This document shows, piece after piece, positions 1-11,423 of a DNA stretch of 64,000 bases. The stretch comes from Paramoeba atlantica (Eukaryota > Protista > Discosea), in assembly GCA_977017575.1 (NCBI GenBank), contig CDRNVI010000087.1:1-64000 (forward strand), in the 5' to 3' direction. The position numbers and the translations under genes are program-made. A model generated the notes under the pieces. It was not told where the DNA came from, searched no databases, and saw only the letters and a list, made by a program, of their open reading frames with translations. Each line of letters opens with the position of its first letter. Positions within the stretch are counted from its first letter, which is position 1.

Positions 1-710
1 CCTCTTTCTTCCTCTTTCTTCCTCTTTCTTCCTCTTTCTTCCTCTTTCTTCCTCTTTCTTCCTCTTTCTTCCTCTTTCTTCCTCTTTCTTCCTCTTTCTT
101 CCTCTTTCTTCCTCTTTCTTCCTCTTTCTTCCTCTTTCTTCCTCTTTCTTCCTCTTTCTTCCTCTTTCTTCCTCTTTCTTCCTCTTTCTTCCTCTTTCTT
201 CCTCTTTCTTCCTCTTTCTTCCTCTTTCTTCCTCTTTCTTCCTCTTTCTTCCTCTTTCTTCCTCTTTCTTCCTCTTTCTTCCTCTTTCTTCCTCTTTCTT
301 CCTCTTTCTTCCTCTTTCTTCCTCTTTCTTCCTCTTTCTTCCTCTTTCTTCCTCTTTCTTCCTCTTTCTTCCTCTTTCTTCCTCTTTCTTCCTCTTTCTT
401 CCTCTTTCTTCCTCTTTCTTCCTCTTTCTTCCTCTTTCTTCCTCTTTCTTCCTCTTTCTTCCTCTTTCTTCCTCTTTCTTCCTCTTTCTTCCTCTTTCTT
501 CCTCTTTCTTCCTCTTTCTTCCTCTTTCTTCCTCTTTCTTCCTCTTTCTTCCTCTTTCTTCCTCTTTCTTCCTCTTTCTTCCTCTTTCTTCCTCTTTCTT
601 CCTCTTTCTTCCTCTTTCTTCCTCTTTCTTCCTCTTTCTTCCTCTTTCTTCCTCTTTCTTCCTCTTTCTTCCTCTTTCTTCCTCTTTCTTCCTCTTTCTT
701 CCTCTTCCTC
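1..710. repeat. Perfect 10-bp tandem array (CCTCTTTCTT)x70 plus one degenerate junction unit; candidate telomere (other strand AAGAAAGAGG)
   Basis: Positions 1-700 are 70 identical units; 701-710 read CCTCTTCCTC. The pyrimidine strand starts the window. The telomere role is inference. Confidence 0.9.
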
Positions 711-1042
711 CTGTAGTACAACCCTGGCACATGGAATGTCAATCGGGCAGAACTTCACGATATTCAAGTTCAAGTAAATAGAATGCGCAGAATTGTATTT
801 GGCGTAAAAAATGCTTGTGACTCTCATCTCAGAACGGAATCGCTTTATCCTACTGACTTAAAACCGGAAACAGTAATTAAGACACAGAGAGCTTCCTTAA
901 TAGGGCATCTTGTGCGCCATCCTACACCGTTTACTACAGCAGTACTATGGAGAACAAATGATGAGGCCTCTAAACCAACATTGTCCGAACGGTGTGCCCA
1001 CGAACTACACTCTGATGTTACTGAAATTACTTACTACTTACT
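708..1042 (+). pseudogene. Inverted 3' end of RTE-like LINE RTE1 (post-RT C-terminus plus short tandem tail)
   Basis: Frame of ORF 783 reads LL*YNPGTWNV...RMRRIVFG...LY...LIGHLVRH, matching the RTE pattern LLYGSETW...RRIL...GH..R; it ends in TTACTTACTACTTACT. Confidence 0.75.
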
Positions 1043-1043
1043 A

Positions 1044-4000
1044 AATAGGATAGACGAAGCAGTCAAACAGGCGTATTTTCATAGCAGCACTCAGAGGAGA
1101 AGCCCAAATGCCACTGAGTTTACGAAATGCTGCCCATGCGAGCCTTAACCTGTCCTTGATGGGGGATGATGCTGTAGCATCTTGAAGATGACCAAGATGC
1201 CGGTAGGAATCCACAAGAGGAATCTTGCCAAGCGATCGTGCTCGAAGTTCTCGCGTCCCCCCCGGAACTTTCCCAAAGGCCATCCACGCAGTCTTGGTTT
1301 TCCCCACGGCAATCCTCAGATTAGCTGGTTTTGCCTCATTTGCCGTAGCTTCGATCATTTGCGATATTTCATGTTTCGTGGAAGCTAAAAGTGTTATGTC
1401 GTCTGCGTAGTCGATGTCCTTTAGTCTAAATTCTTGAATTCCCCTTTCGTCCCTTTCGTCCCGCTGCTCCTTAGAAGAATCCCGAGCGGCTTGTTATCGA
1501 GTGCTTTGTTCAGAATCCTATCGATTACAAGCACAAAGGAGCAAGCACGTCCCCTTGAAGAATTCCTGTTTCAATGGGAAAAGAATCCGTATTTCCGTAT
1601 GGTGTGCGGACTATTCCTTTTAAATCCGAGTACAAGGACATTACCATCCTAGTAAGCGCTGGTCCGACATGAAAGGCATTCAATGCAGCACGGATCGCAT
1701 GAAAGGATACTGAGGGAAATGCTTTTGCGAAGTCCATAAATGCCACTGCAATGCCACTGCAATGCCTTTCTTGCCCCTGGTTGCACGAACTCTTGCATCA
1801 TTCAAAATGATTTGCGCCCCTACCGTGGACCTTTCTGGCCGAAAACCAAATTGACTGTCGCGTAGGAGCGGCTCGATGGATGGTCTGATTCTTTTCAGGA
1901 TCATTGCATTCATCAATTTAACCGCACTGTTCACGAGACAGATTGGCCGCCAATTCGCTACTTGTGTCAGGTCGCCTTTTTTTGGAATAGGCACCTGAAG
2001 GACAATTTTCCAGGATGCAGGCGAAACCCCTGTTCGATGAACCTCGTTTATAATATGTAATAAGGATTTTCTCAGTTCAGCATGTTCTGTGATCATTCTG
2101 AGTGCATCCGCCGGAATTTGGTCTATTCCAGGTACCTTGTTTCGCGCTAGTCTACTGATGCCGTCCTCGAGCTCTTCTACAGTGAAACTTTCATCGTTGA
2201 TTGGTACTTTCGGGCTGACTACTTCGTCAAATTTTATATCTTTATCTCCGCGATCATCGGACCCCACACGAGCAAAGAAATCTTTAACAATGTTAAGAGT
2301 TTCCCTTGTCGACGAGGTCTCGATGCAAAGAGTCTCCCTGTACAAACCGCAAATTCTACGTAGCGTACGCCACGGATTAGAACGGTTTCGCCGCAGACCT
2401 GCTTCAATTTCGGCGCATTCTTGCCCAATCTGCGCCTCAATTTCTTCTCCATGCTCTTTTAGCACTTCCTTGAAGTGGTCCGGTTTTCGACTCTGAAGAA
2501 ATAAGTCGCGAAACCCTGAGATGCGCGGTGTTTCTGTACCCGGTGTGTTTTCTGTACCGCGGTGTGTTTCTGTACCGCGGTGTGTTTTCTGTCCCTGTAG
2601 GTGCGTTGTTCGTTTTTGGGGTTCGGTCCTTTTTTGAGAGTCTTTTCGCTGTGTGTACCATATTTTCCGATAAGTGTTCCCATGTGATCTCTTCCTCTTT
2701 CTTCGCCATTTCCCACACTGCTTGCTGGAAGGATGCCTTCTTCTCTTCATCTCCAAGTCTTGGCCAGGGTACCTTGCTTTGCCCCCCTGTACCTTTAGAA
2801 CGCCACTTGATTTTCACATCCGCCATAACGACGCAGTGTACTGTAGGCACTGGCGCCTTGAGTACTTTGTGCCTCCTAATGCTGGAGGCAAAGCGCTCAC
2901 TGACCATGATGTGGTCAAGCTGTCTCCGCACCTTGTTGTCCCCACGCCTTTTGCTACCTCCCTTGTTGCCGACATCTCCTTTTACATGTATGTACTCGCA
3001 GGCCTTGTCCCCATTTTCCTCTCCTTCCCTGCCCCTCTTCACCATACCGTTGTTATCCGTCCCCTCTGGCTCTGATCCTTTCCTTCCCAGTTCCACCTTT
3101 CCTTCTTCCCCCTTCTGCCCCTTCTCTGTTCCTACGTTGCGACGGTACTTTGTCTCCGCCCTCCTGCCCGGCAGCTCACATATCCATTTCCTCTTGCTCG
3201 GGCAGAGGGTGTATGCTGACTTACAGCCGATGGAGAACAAGAGGCCTTTCAGCTGAGAGACCGCTGGGGGATCCATGCTCGGATTTGTCACGAGCGTTAT
3301 CGGTGCATTGAAATCCCCCATGACCAATAAAGGTCTTCGTTTCCGTTCAGCCTTGACCTCACGACACGCCTTGTCCAAGTCACCCAGAAATGCCGCATGA
3401 ACGGCTTCTGAGGAGTCCCATATTGGGGCATAGACATTGAACAAAGTGCCGGTCCCCTCCTCCAGGGGATACCCAGCTCCCATCACCCTGTTGCTCGCCA
3501 TCCAAACCTTCCGAAACGCATGCCGGCTCACTATGGCCATGCCATTATATGAATCGCGTGCGGCGGCCGACTGCAAATACAGGTGAAACCTCTCCCCTAG
3601 GTTTTCAACCTGCCTGTAGAGGATTCCATGCTCATGGCCTTCCTTCGAGAAATTGTATCTGGTCTCCTGCACCAACCCCCCTTACCTGCATGAAAGCAAG
3701 CACCTCGTTCAAACGGGTGCATCTTCGAAGAGAGAATTCATCTTCCCCCTCGAGTTTTAACGTCGTAACGTTAAGCGTTGCAACGGTTGTGTCCTCCTTC
3801 ACAGCGGAACCTTTGAGGTTCTCCGAATCTCGTTGGGCGTGTGTGCCACGCGACGCCCAGTGTGACCGAGGGCGGTGACGGGAGCTCCTTCGTTTTGCCT
3901 TTGCCGGGTTACTCACCTGCACCGCGCAGGGCACGACACCTGTATTCGGTAAGGGGGGAAAGGGGAGAGTCGTGTGCGGCCTCGCCGCGTACCGAACACG

Positions 4001-4321
4001 AAATGTACCGGCCAAAGGTTCACCTCGAGTTACCGAGGATCCCCCCTGAGTATGCCAGCCTACGCTTTTAAGATAAGCCGGCCCCTCACACACGACTTCG
4101 CCCTCCCAAACAAACAAAGTCTCGCAACAGTTGTGTCTCCACGCGACGCGAAGATGAGCCCCAACGCGGACAAACTTACAGAGCGCCCGCACCGCCCTCT
4201 GGCGGAGTTTAGCAGGCCCCTCTCGCTCGGGCGAACGAAAGATGACCCCCCGACCACGCTTGGTCCGTGTAAGGGTTTCAAAAACCTCTGTCCCCTTACA
4301 CGTGCCGGAAGCATCCGCCAT
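1044..4321 (-). mobile_element. RTE-like non-LTR retrotransposon RTE1 (N-terminal extension, APE endonuclease, RT), frameshifted
   Basis: APE motifs TLNV, NVYAP, VMGDFNAP, LDHIMVS; RT motifs PKKGD..NWRPI, QFGFR, DFAKAF, GILQGDVLAP, DIDYADD, YRHLG, AWAAF. Split over ORFs 3632-4321, 2437-3675, 1680-2756, 1525-1746 and 1041-1358. Confidence 0.9.
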
Positions 4322-4336
4322 GTTTTTATAATTAGA

Positions 4337-4516
4337 TTACAAAAAACGATGGTCTTACAAAAAGCGATGGTCTTACAAAAAACGATGGTCTTACAAAAAA
4401 CGATGATCTTACAAAAAACGATGGTCTTACAAAAAACGATGGTCTTACAAAAAACGATGGTCTTACAAAAAACGATGGTCTTACAAAAAACGATGGTCTT
4501 ACAAAAAACGATGGTA
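4337..4516. repeat. 18-bp tandem repeat x10 (TTACAAAAAACGATGGTC) immediately upstream of the RTE1 ATG
   Basis: Visible directly; translates as LQKTMV x10 in the overlapping spurious ORF. Confidence 0.9.
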
Positions 4517-6154
4517 TTGCGTAAGGCCTTCTTTCGTCTCTGGGATCTTCTGGCTGGAAAGAATGTGAAACTAGCGAACCATAAATGCGTATGGTTTGAG
4601 GGAAAAAGCGGGATCGAAAGACCAGAAGAACTTCGGTTGGCGCAGGTACGTACGGAAAAGGAAGCCATAAAAACATTAGGCGCGTATATCGGCGAAGACT
4701 CAAAGGTTAGTGATCTCCTTCTCCAAAAACTGAGCAAGCATAAAACGATCTTTGCCCGATTAAAAAAATGGGAGCTAACAATGTTTCGTCGCTCATCCTA
4801 TCGAAATGCGTTAATATTCGACACCTTTTTCACATAAGGGCACACACACCGGAATCCACTTCAAAGTTGGCATGGGACTTCGACGTGGAGGTTGAAAAAG
4901 TCATATCGTACTGGTTCGGAAAACTTAGCAAGAAACAGATGGCATGGGCCAGATTGCCTTTGAAGATGGGGGGTTTTGGATTAACTTCCACGTATGCACT
5001 TCGTGAGGCCGCATATGCTTCTTCGCGACATGCAGCTTTCGAGCGCCGAACAGTCTATTCAGCTCAAGCTGCAGGTTGTGGTAGCACTTCTGAGGATCAC
5101 TCCGTGCCGGACGAGGAAGCAGCGATTGCAGCGAAAATAAACGCGGACGTTAAGGAAGACTTGTGCAAGGATCCGATAATCGCTCGGATTATGGCTTCAA
5201 CCACGAAAAAGGGTAGCTATCAATGGTTACATGCGACAGAAAGATACCTTCCAACGGCTCAATACACACTTTCCGTTATGCCGAGATTAGGATTGAGTCA
5301 TCCCAAGATACCATCCTCGATTTTGTATCCCGGATGTAAAACAGTCTTGAACTCTACCACGGCGTTGAAACATATTCCGGGTTGCGTACGGTGCTCGGGG
5401 GTAAACTCAACGGTTAAGCATCATTCGTTGGCGCGCTATATATATAAACTATGTAACAAAGCAGGCATACCATGTGCACGAGAACCGAGAGAGTTTTCTT
5501 CTTTTGTATGCTCATCATGTTCATCAGTCATTTCCGAGGAAAACAAAACAGAACATTCCAGATTATGCAACGGCGCAGCTATGCATCGATCTGGCCCGGA
5601 CTTGGTAATATATTGGGCTACGGGGGCAATATACTATGACATAACGGTTGTACATGAATTATCACCGTCCATTGCGAAAATTACCACACAGAAAGCTGTA
5701 AGAGACGCAATCAACCGGAAAGAAACGAAATACGTAACGTCAAACATGCTAACCAAGGAGCAGTTCCAATGCTTACCAATATTATCCTGCGGAGCGCTAC
5801 ACGCGAACACGAAGAATCTAATTAAGGCACTAGCTGAGAGTACTCGGCAAGAACCGGCCTCTGTAAATAGAGATTTCACGCTTCATCAGCAGGAGCTGAA
5901 CGGGGCCATATGTCTATCCCAACTGCGCGCATACCTGCGAGATGCAAACGAAGAGCTAGGTTTTTAGCAGGATTTGGTAGGGTCTCAGGAACTTTATGCA
6001 GGTAAAATGTTATAAAGGAAGAACAAGTGATTCTTAAACAATCAATATGATAGGGAGACAGACTTAAAGGGAAACGAAGTCTATGCCTACATGCATAGCT
6101 ATTTACCTTATTTCTTAAAAAAAAAGATTAAAAAAAAAAATTAATAAAAACAAA
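4516..6154 (+). mobile_element. 5'-truncated CRE-like RLE retrotransposon, family D (late RT, CCHC, RLE), one frameshift near 4768
   Basis: HKCVWF, ARLPLKMGGFG, MPRLG, KHH, REPR, SGPDLVIYW..YYDITVVHE align with family A. An extra A in TTAAAAAAATGG shifts the frame. The first Cys of the knuckle is mutated (YPGC). A-rich 3' end. Confidence 0.85.
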
Positions 6155-6584
6155 GGTAGAGGTGTCTAGTTTGGTGTGAATTTGTTATCGCATTGGACGT
6201 TTCTGTGAAACAGACAGTGACACATGTGCTGCGCTGTTTAAATCAGCTTGTGAGCATCAAAGCCACAACGCTCGAGAAACACACATGCACTCATCTCCTT
6301 TTTCGTTTGGCATTTGCCACGTTTTTCAGTTTTTTGTTCTAAAAGTGACGTTCGATTTGGGGTGGTGTGGATCGCGCTTTGGAGCCAGGAAGTCGTGCGA
6401 GGCTGTCGGCTATCCGAACGGCGGCTTCTCGAATCTTGTCCCGCTGGGAGGTGCAGAAAGGCATCGGAGAGATGAAAACAAATCAAGCACGATTAGATTC
6501 ATACGGACGAATTCTTAGCTGGAGAGAATGGTGGAAAACTGTTCACTCGATCTTGATCAGTTCCTTGTGGTAGAGACTCGGAAG

Positions 6585-6665
6585 GCGTCTATACCCAAGT
6601 GGTTAAGGGGCCTGACTTGAAATCAGGTGTGTTCTCACGCGCAGGTTCAAACCCTGCTGGGCGCG
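6585..6665 (+). tRNA. tRNA-Ser(TGA), the only fully intact copy
   Basis: Acceptor GCGTCTA/TGGGCGC, D arm CCC-AAGTGGTTAA-GGG, anticodon arm CCTGA-CTTGAAA-TCAGG, long variable arm, T arm GCAGG-TTCAAAC-CCTGC, G discriminator, then TTTT. Confidence 0.93.
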
Positions 6666-6699
6666 TTTTCCTTCCACAAGCGTTGTCAAATCATATTCA

Positions 6700-7040
6700 G
6701 CGCGGGATACCAACTACGCCCGCACCGCTCTTCTTCTCTCTTCTTCTTCTTCTATTCCGCGCGGAGTTTTTTTGAAAAGGTGGGATGCCCAGCGGCGCGG
6801 CACCCGTCGTGGGAACGCACGCTCCGCATAAAAGACGTTGTTCTGAATCTCGAGGCGGTTTTACCCACAGAAGCTGCATTCGCAGGCCTTTCAGTGCAAT
6901 TTTCGCCGGGACAGCCCACAGAAAACACCCTTTACCTGAGAGAGGTGCATTTGGGAACGTGAATACGAAACGAGCGAACAGATCACCCGTCCACAAAATC
7001 GTGGAGCATCGAGTGTCGCCGAGTAAATTGAAAGGTGTGA
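6700..7040. other. Conserved segment X: contains the empty target site of family B (6968-7013); possible small-RNA gene
   Basis: Repeated almost unchanged in every array unit. The minus strand has an Sm-like GATTTTGTGG followed by a 7-bp hairpin, and a CAG/GTAAAG donor-like site. Identity unknown. Confidence 0.3.
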
Positions 7041-8110
7041 TGGAGAAACAGGCGGAATGAGGTGGAATACAATGGTGTGCTGCATGGCGAGGTTGTGGTG
7101 TTTGTTTGCGCTGTTCAAGTTTTTTGTAAAGATCAAGTTTTTTGTAAAGATCAAGTTTTTTGTAAATTTATTTGCAAAATGGCGGATGCTTCCGGTACAC
7201 GCATGCCCACTGCTATTATGAATCTTCTTGCGTGTTCCAAGCTTGATCGGGGGATTCTTTTCCGTCCTGCGAAGGGTGGAACGAAATCTGCTAAACTCCG
7301 CGCGAGGTCGTTAGGACACATTATGCGACTGCTTTGTTTAGGCGCTAAGCTTGCGGTGGTTTGGAGGTACGCGGATTCATCGAACTACAGTGTGTGGGAG
7401 GGGGTAGTAGAGAGTTGGGTGCCGAGCCTCTGGCGTGTTCGCTCCGCTAAGTGTTCGCGATTTACGCTTCCGTTCCCTCCATGTAGTCCTCACATCGTCC
7501 TCTGTGCTGCTCGGGTTTGTGCGCCTAAGCGTAGACGACGTTTCAAAAAGCGCTCTCGCAAATACAGGGCACAGTCTGGCAAACGTGCTCTCCGTGACTT
7601 GGTGGGCCCTGGGGGCCCCGCTGTGAAGAAAATGTTGAGTGTGGGAACCTTGAACGTGACTACTCTTAAGCTGAAAGGTGAAGACGAGTTTAGCCTACGA
7701 AAGTGCGGACACCTTTGCGAAGTACTTGCCTTCATTGGTCTGAAGGGAATAAATATTCTGGGCCTGCAGGAAACGCGATTCAGATTCCCATCTTCTGAAA
7801 AGTCGGATGTCCTTCACCGCAAAGTACAATATCGGAACGCAGATACAATGGAATGGGATTCGTCAGCACTTTTCCCTTGTCTAAGGTATCTAAAATCAGT
7901 GAAAGGATTATGTCGGGTGAATTTGAGATGGAGGAAGGAGTCGCAACAGTTATTAACGTATATTCTCCTACACGCGATTCTAAGGACGTCGAGGTTACGG
8001 AGTTCTACGGAGAACTCGAACGTTGCTGCTTGAGAATAAGGGAAAGCAACCCGCGTCGCCCATTAATTGTACTGGGCGACTTTAATGCACCTTTGAAACA
8101 TATAACAAAT

Positions 8111-9045
8111 TTATACTTTTTTAGGCTCTTCGTTAAACGCGGTGGTTGCTTTCAACTTAGAAGTCACTCATGCTGCGCGCTTCGCGTTGAAAACTACCGC
8201 CGCGTTTAACGAAGAGCCTAAAAAAGAAAATTTAGCCTGGAAAACGGAAAGATTATAGCCAAAAATAGCCGAATTTCGGGTAAAAATGGGGTTATTTTCG
8301 CATATTTTTGCTCTCAGAGCACTAAATCCGACATTTGCGCGTGGGAAATCACTCGCAGGCATGAATGAAAGCCTACCGAACGTATTGGGTAGAGAATGCG
8401 ACTCCAACCATACCATTCTTTCGACACAAAAATGCCCCTTTAGGTCCGAAAAATACTTTTTCACCTTTTTTAGTCAAAAATGGGTCATTTTGGGGGGCGC
8501 ACCACAGTTCGAAGAAGGGATACCTTGCGAAAACAACTGCGTAGAAAGCTAGTGTAGGTCTCAAACTATCAAAATACAATAGGGGAAACGATTTTGGAAA
8601 AATATTTTTTTTGTCATTTTTTTCGCCAAGTTGAAATTTTTTTCAAAAGCTTTTTTCCGAAAAAATCCGAACTTGGCGCACCCGTCCTGCGGATACGCGG
8701 GGGGGGGTCACCCCCGGGTAGGGGGGTGGAAAATGCGCGCCAAGACCCCGGCTACCCTTTCTGCGGTTTTTTTTCGAAAACTAATTTTTTCGAAAAAATT
8801 TGCTCAACCATGCCCCCCCCCCCTGGACCCCCCACCTGGACCCCCCCCCTGGACCACCCCCCTGGACCCCCCCCATGGACCCCCCATTTTTTTCAATTTT
8901 TTTTTTCAGTTTTGGACCACCGGAGCCCCCTTTTATATTTTTTTCTTCTATTATATTACTGTGTTCCCCTTTATATTTTCACTGTTTTTGTTCACTTTTT
9001 TTTCAATAATCGAGTGTAGAGCGGTAGTTTTACAACCACCGCAAT
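8111..9045. mobile_element. Non-autonomous hairpin-ended DNA element inserted at AT (copy 1)
   Basis: ~40-bp-arm hairpin at 8117-8225, terminal hairpin GCGGTAGTTTTACAACCACCGC, internal GGACCCCCCC repeats. Removing it restores the RTE2 reading ITN/KDLDP. Second copy at 40016-40958. Confidence 0.75.
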
Positions 9046-9185
9046 AAGGATCTAGATCCCATTGCGGCCGCCCGTCTTAAAGGACTTTCTTGTTCTATAG
9101 ATTGTAAGTCTGCGCACAGTCTTTAGTCGGAAATGGACATGCGAATTACCAAACAAAGCTTTAAGGCAGTTAGATCACATATTTA

Positions 9186-10170
9186 GCACACTTCATCGTC
9201 CAGTAGAAGTCGTAGCACGTTGTCAGTCGTTCCCGTTGGGCATGGGCTGACTCCCTTCGCTAGCCTTCGACCTGCTGCACGCAGCTCCTCTGGAGAGACC
9301 CCGGCAATGATTGGCGCGTTATCTGGCAGTTTGAAGTCACATGTTTGTTCAGGGTGAAGCATTCGCAATTTTTCCAGCGTTTCGGCGTCGGACAGCTTGT
9401 TGCGGGTGAAGGTCTGACCCATGACCTTGGCCGCTTTAGTGGAGCACCCCTCAAGCACGAGTCTTGTCGCTTTCTTTACTGCTCGCACGTCATCGTCAGT
9501 TGTCTTTGCCTCTTCTGATGAGCCGTCCTGCGGGCTCGTGTGCTCCTTGTGTGGTTTCCGCCGTCGTTGTCGTCCGCTAGAGCTTCGAATTGTTGCCAGA
9601 GAGACTTTCATAGCTGAAAGTGTTTGATTCCAGATTTTGTGGCGCCCAGCGTAGTCGCTTTTTTCATAGGCGAACATAATATCCCGGTACACCGCAACTA
9701 CGCACGGCACAAACTCAGGGGAGAAGCTGCGCGCCGTTGGCACTGGTAGGTGGTCTACGTCTTCGTCAGGAGCTGTTTGTTGGGTGCTTCCCAACAAAGG
9801 GCGGAGGTGGCGGAGTGGCAAGAATTCAAAGTTTGAAGCACATGGTGCTCAGACGGCGAGTTCAAACCCGCTCATCGCAATATTCCTGGCGGCCTCACTC
9901 TAAAAGGCTGGGCTGATAACCGACTAGGCCCAGTACTCGGAGGACCGTCCCGGACCCTCCCCTCAGGGAACCAGCTCCCTTACCCGACTTACACCTCTTG
10001 GGTAAGCCGTGTTGACGTACAATTCGTCGACGCAGCGTGTTGGCAACAGCACGTTGGTGCCGACTTGGACAAGCGGAAACCGGTAGAGGACGTCGGCCTC
10101 GGAACTTCCAAATCTGTCTGTGAAGGGTCTGGCTTGCCAGTGACCATCCGGAGCAATCCGGAATGATTTG
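9186..10170 (+). mobile_element. Retrocopy of SINE-b with ~600 bp of upstream family-A antisense sequence; 13-bp TSD
   Basis: GATCACATATTTA flanks it at 9173-9185 and 10171-10183. The insert is the reverse complement of ~57262-58250 with a few SNPs. Confidence 0.85.
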
Positions 10171-11423
10171 GATCACATATTTATTTGTAGCAGATTTGCA
10201 TCGGCAGATCAACGACACAAAGTCGTTCCTACTACTCATTGTTGTGTTATAGCCAGAATTAAAATTAATTGGCGAGTCAGTGATCCCAAAACGAATACGA
10301 ATCAGCTCTCGTGGGTTTCTCTTCGAAATAGTGAGGATAGGAAGAATTTCATCAATAAAGTTCACGACCAATATCGAGCAACCTCGAGCTCTTGTCCATC
10401 ATGGGGCGCTCTCGCACAATATATGAAAAATGCTGTAAGAACTTTCAAAAAACCGACGAAACGAAATTTGAACAAAGAAGCTGTAAAGGACTCAAAAATA
10501 CATGATTTGCGCGGTTTATATCACAAGAGCAGAAACAAAAAGGTGTTCAACGCTCTCGTAAAGGAGAATAAAGAGGAAGTTGAAGAGATTATTTCTGACG
10601 AATGCTTGGAGATTGAAATACAGCTTCGTAAAAACCATTCAAACCCATGGAGAACGATTCGAAAGATATGCGGGCAATATCGTGATACCTTTAGCACGAA
10701 CGGAAGCTCACGAAATGATAAACTTAACGAAATTCGATCGTACTTCATGAAATTTAGTGGCGCTGATGATGGAGATCCAAATCTTAGCTTTGAACTGCTG
10801 CCGCCGCCGTTAGTACCAATATCCGATGCAGCATTTACAAGCGAGGAGTTAAGCACATCTTTAGAACATTTCAGAAGAGGAAAAACACCGGGAAGTGACG
10901 GAATACCAATGGAAGCCCTTCAAGCTATAGCGGTCCACCCTGATCTGAGATCGCATATCCTGAATATAATCAACCAGGTACACGAAACGGGAGTCACAGA
11001 GGAAGCCTGGCGCAACACTCTTCAAATACCCATCCCAAAGAACGGAGACCTCACTAACGTTGAGAATTGGCGGCCTATATGCGTAGTAAATAGCGTAGTT
11101 AAGCTCATGAATCATATGATACTCTCCTGCATTAGACCCAACATTGAAAAGTCTCTTCGGGGTAACCAGTATGGGTTTCGACCTAACCGAGCGACTTCTG
11201 GAGCTCAGATTATCATGAACGAAATAAAAACCAAAGCATTCAGAGGACAAGGCCTTCTGTAGCTTTTATAGACTTTGCTAAAGCATTTTCCTTCGGTATC
11301 GTTCGCTGCTATTAAAGCTAGTTTGCATGCATTTCGAGTAGGTCCATGTCTTTCTAAGATGATAATGTCTATATACGATGAGCTGAAAGGCACTGTACGA
11401 ACTTCTATTGGAATCACAAATTC

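Noticed and set aside
6728-6755. Telomerase-template-like tract CTCTTCTTCTCTCTTCTTCTTCTCT
   Set aside because: It contains no full CCTCTTTCTT unit, so it cannot template the terminal repeat.
9925-9950. 7SL/Alu-like origin of GGCCCAGTACTCGGAGG in SINE-b
   Set aside because: The short match is not conserved in SINE-a, and the head has tRNA-type A and B boxes.
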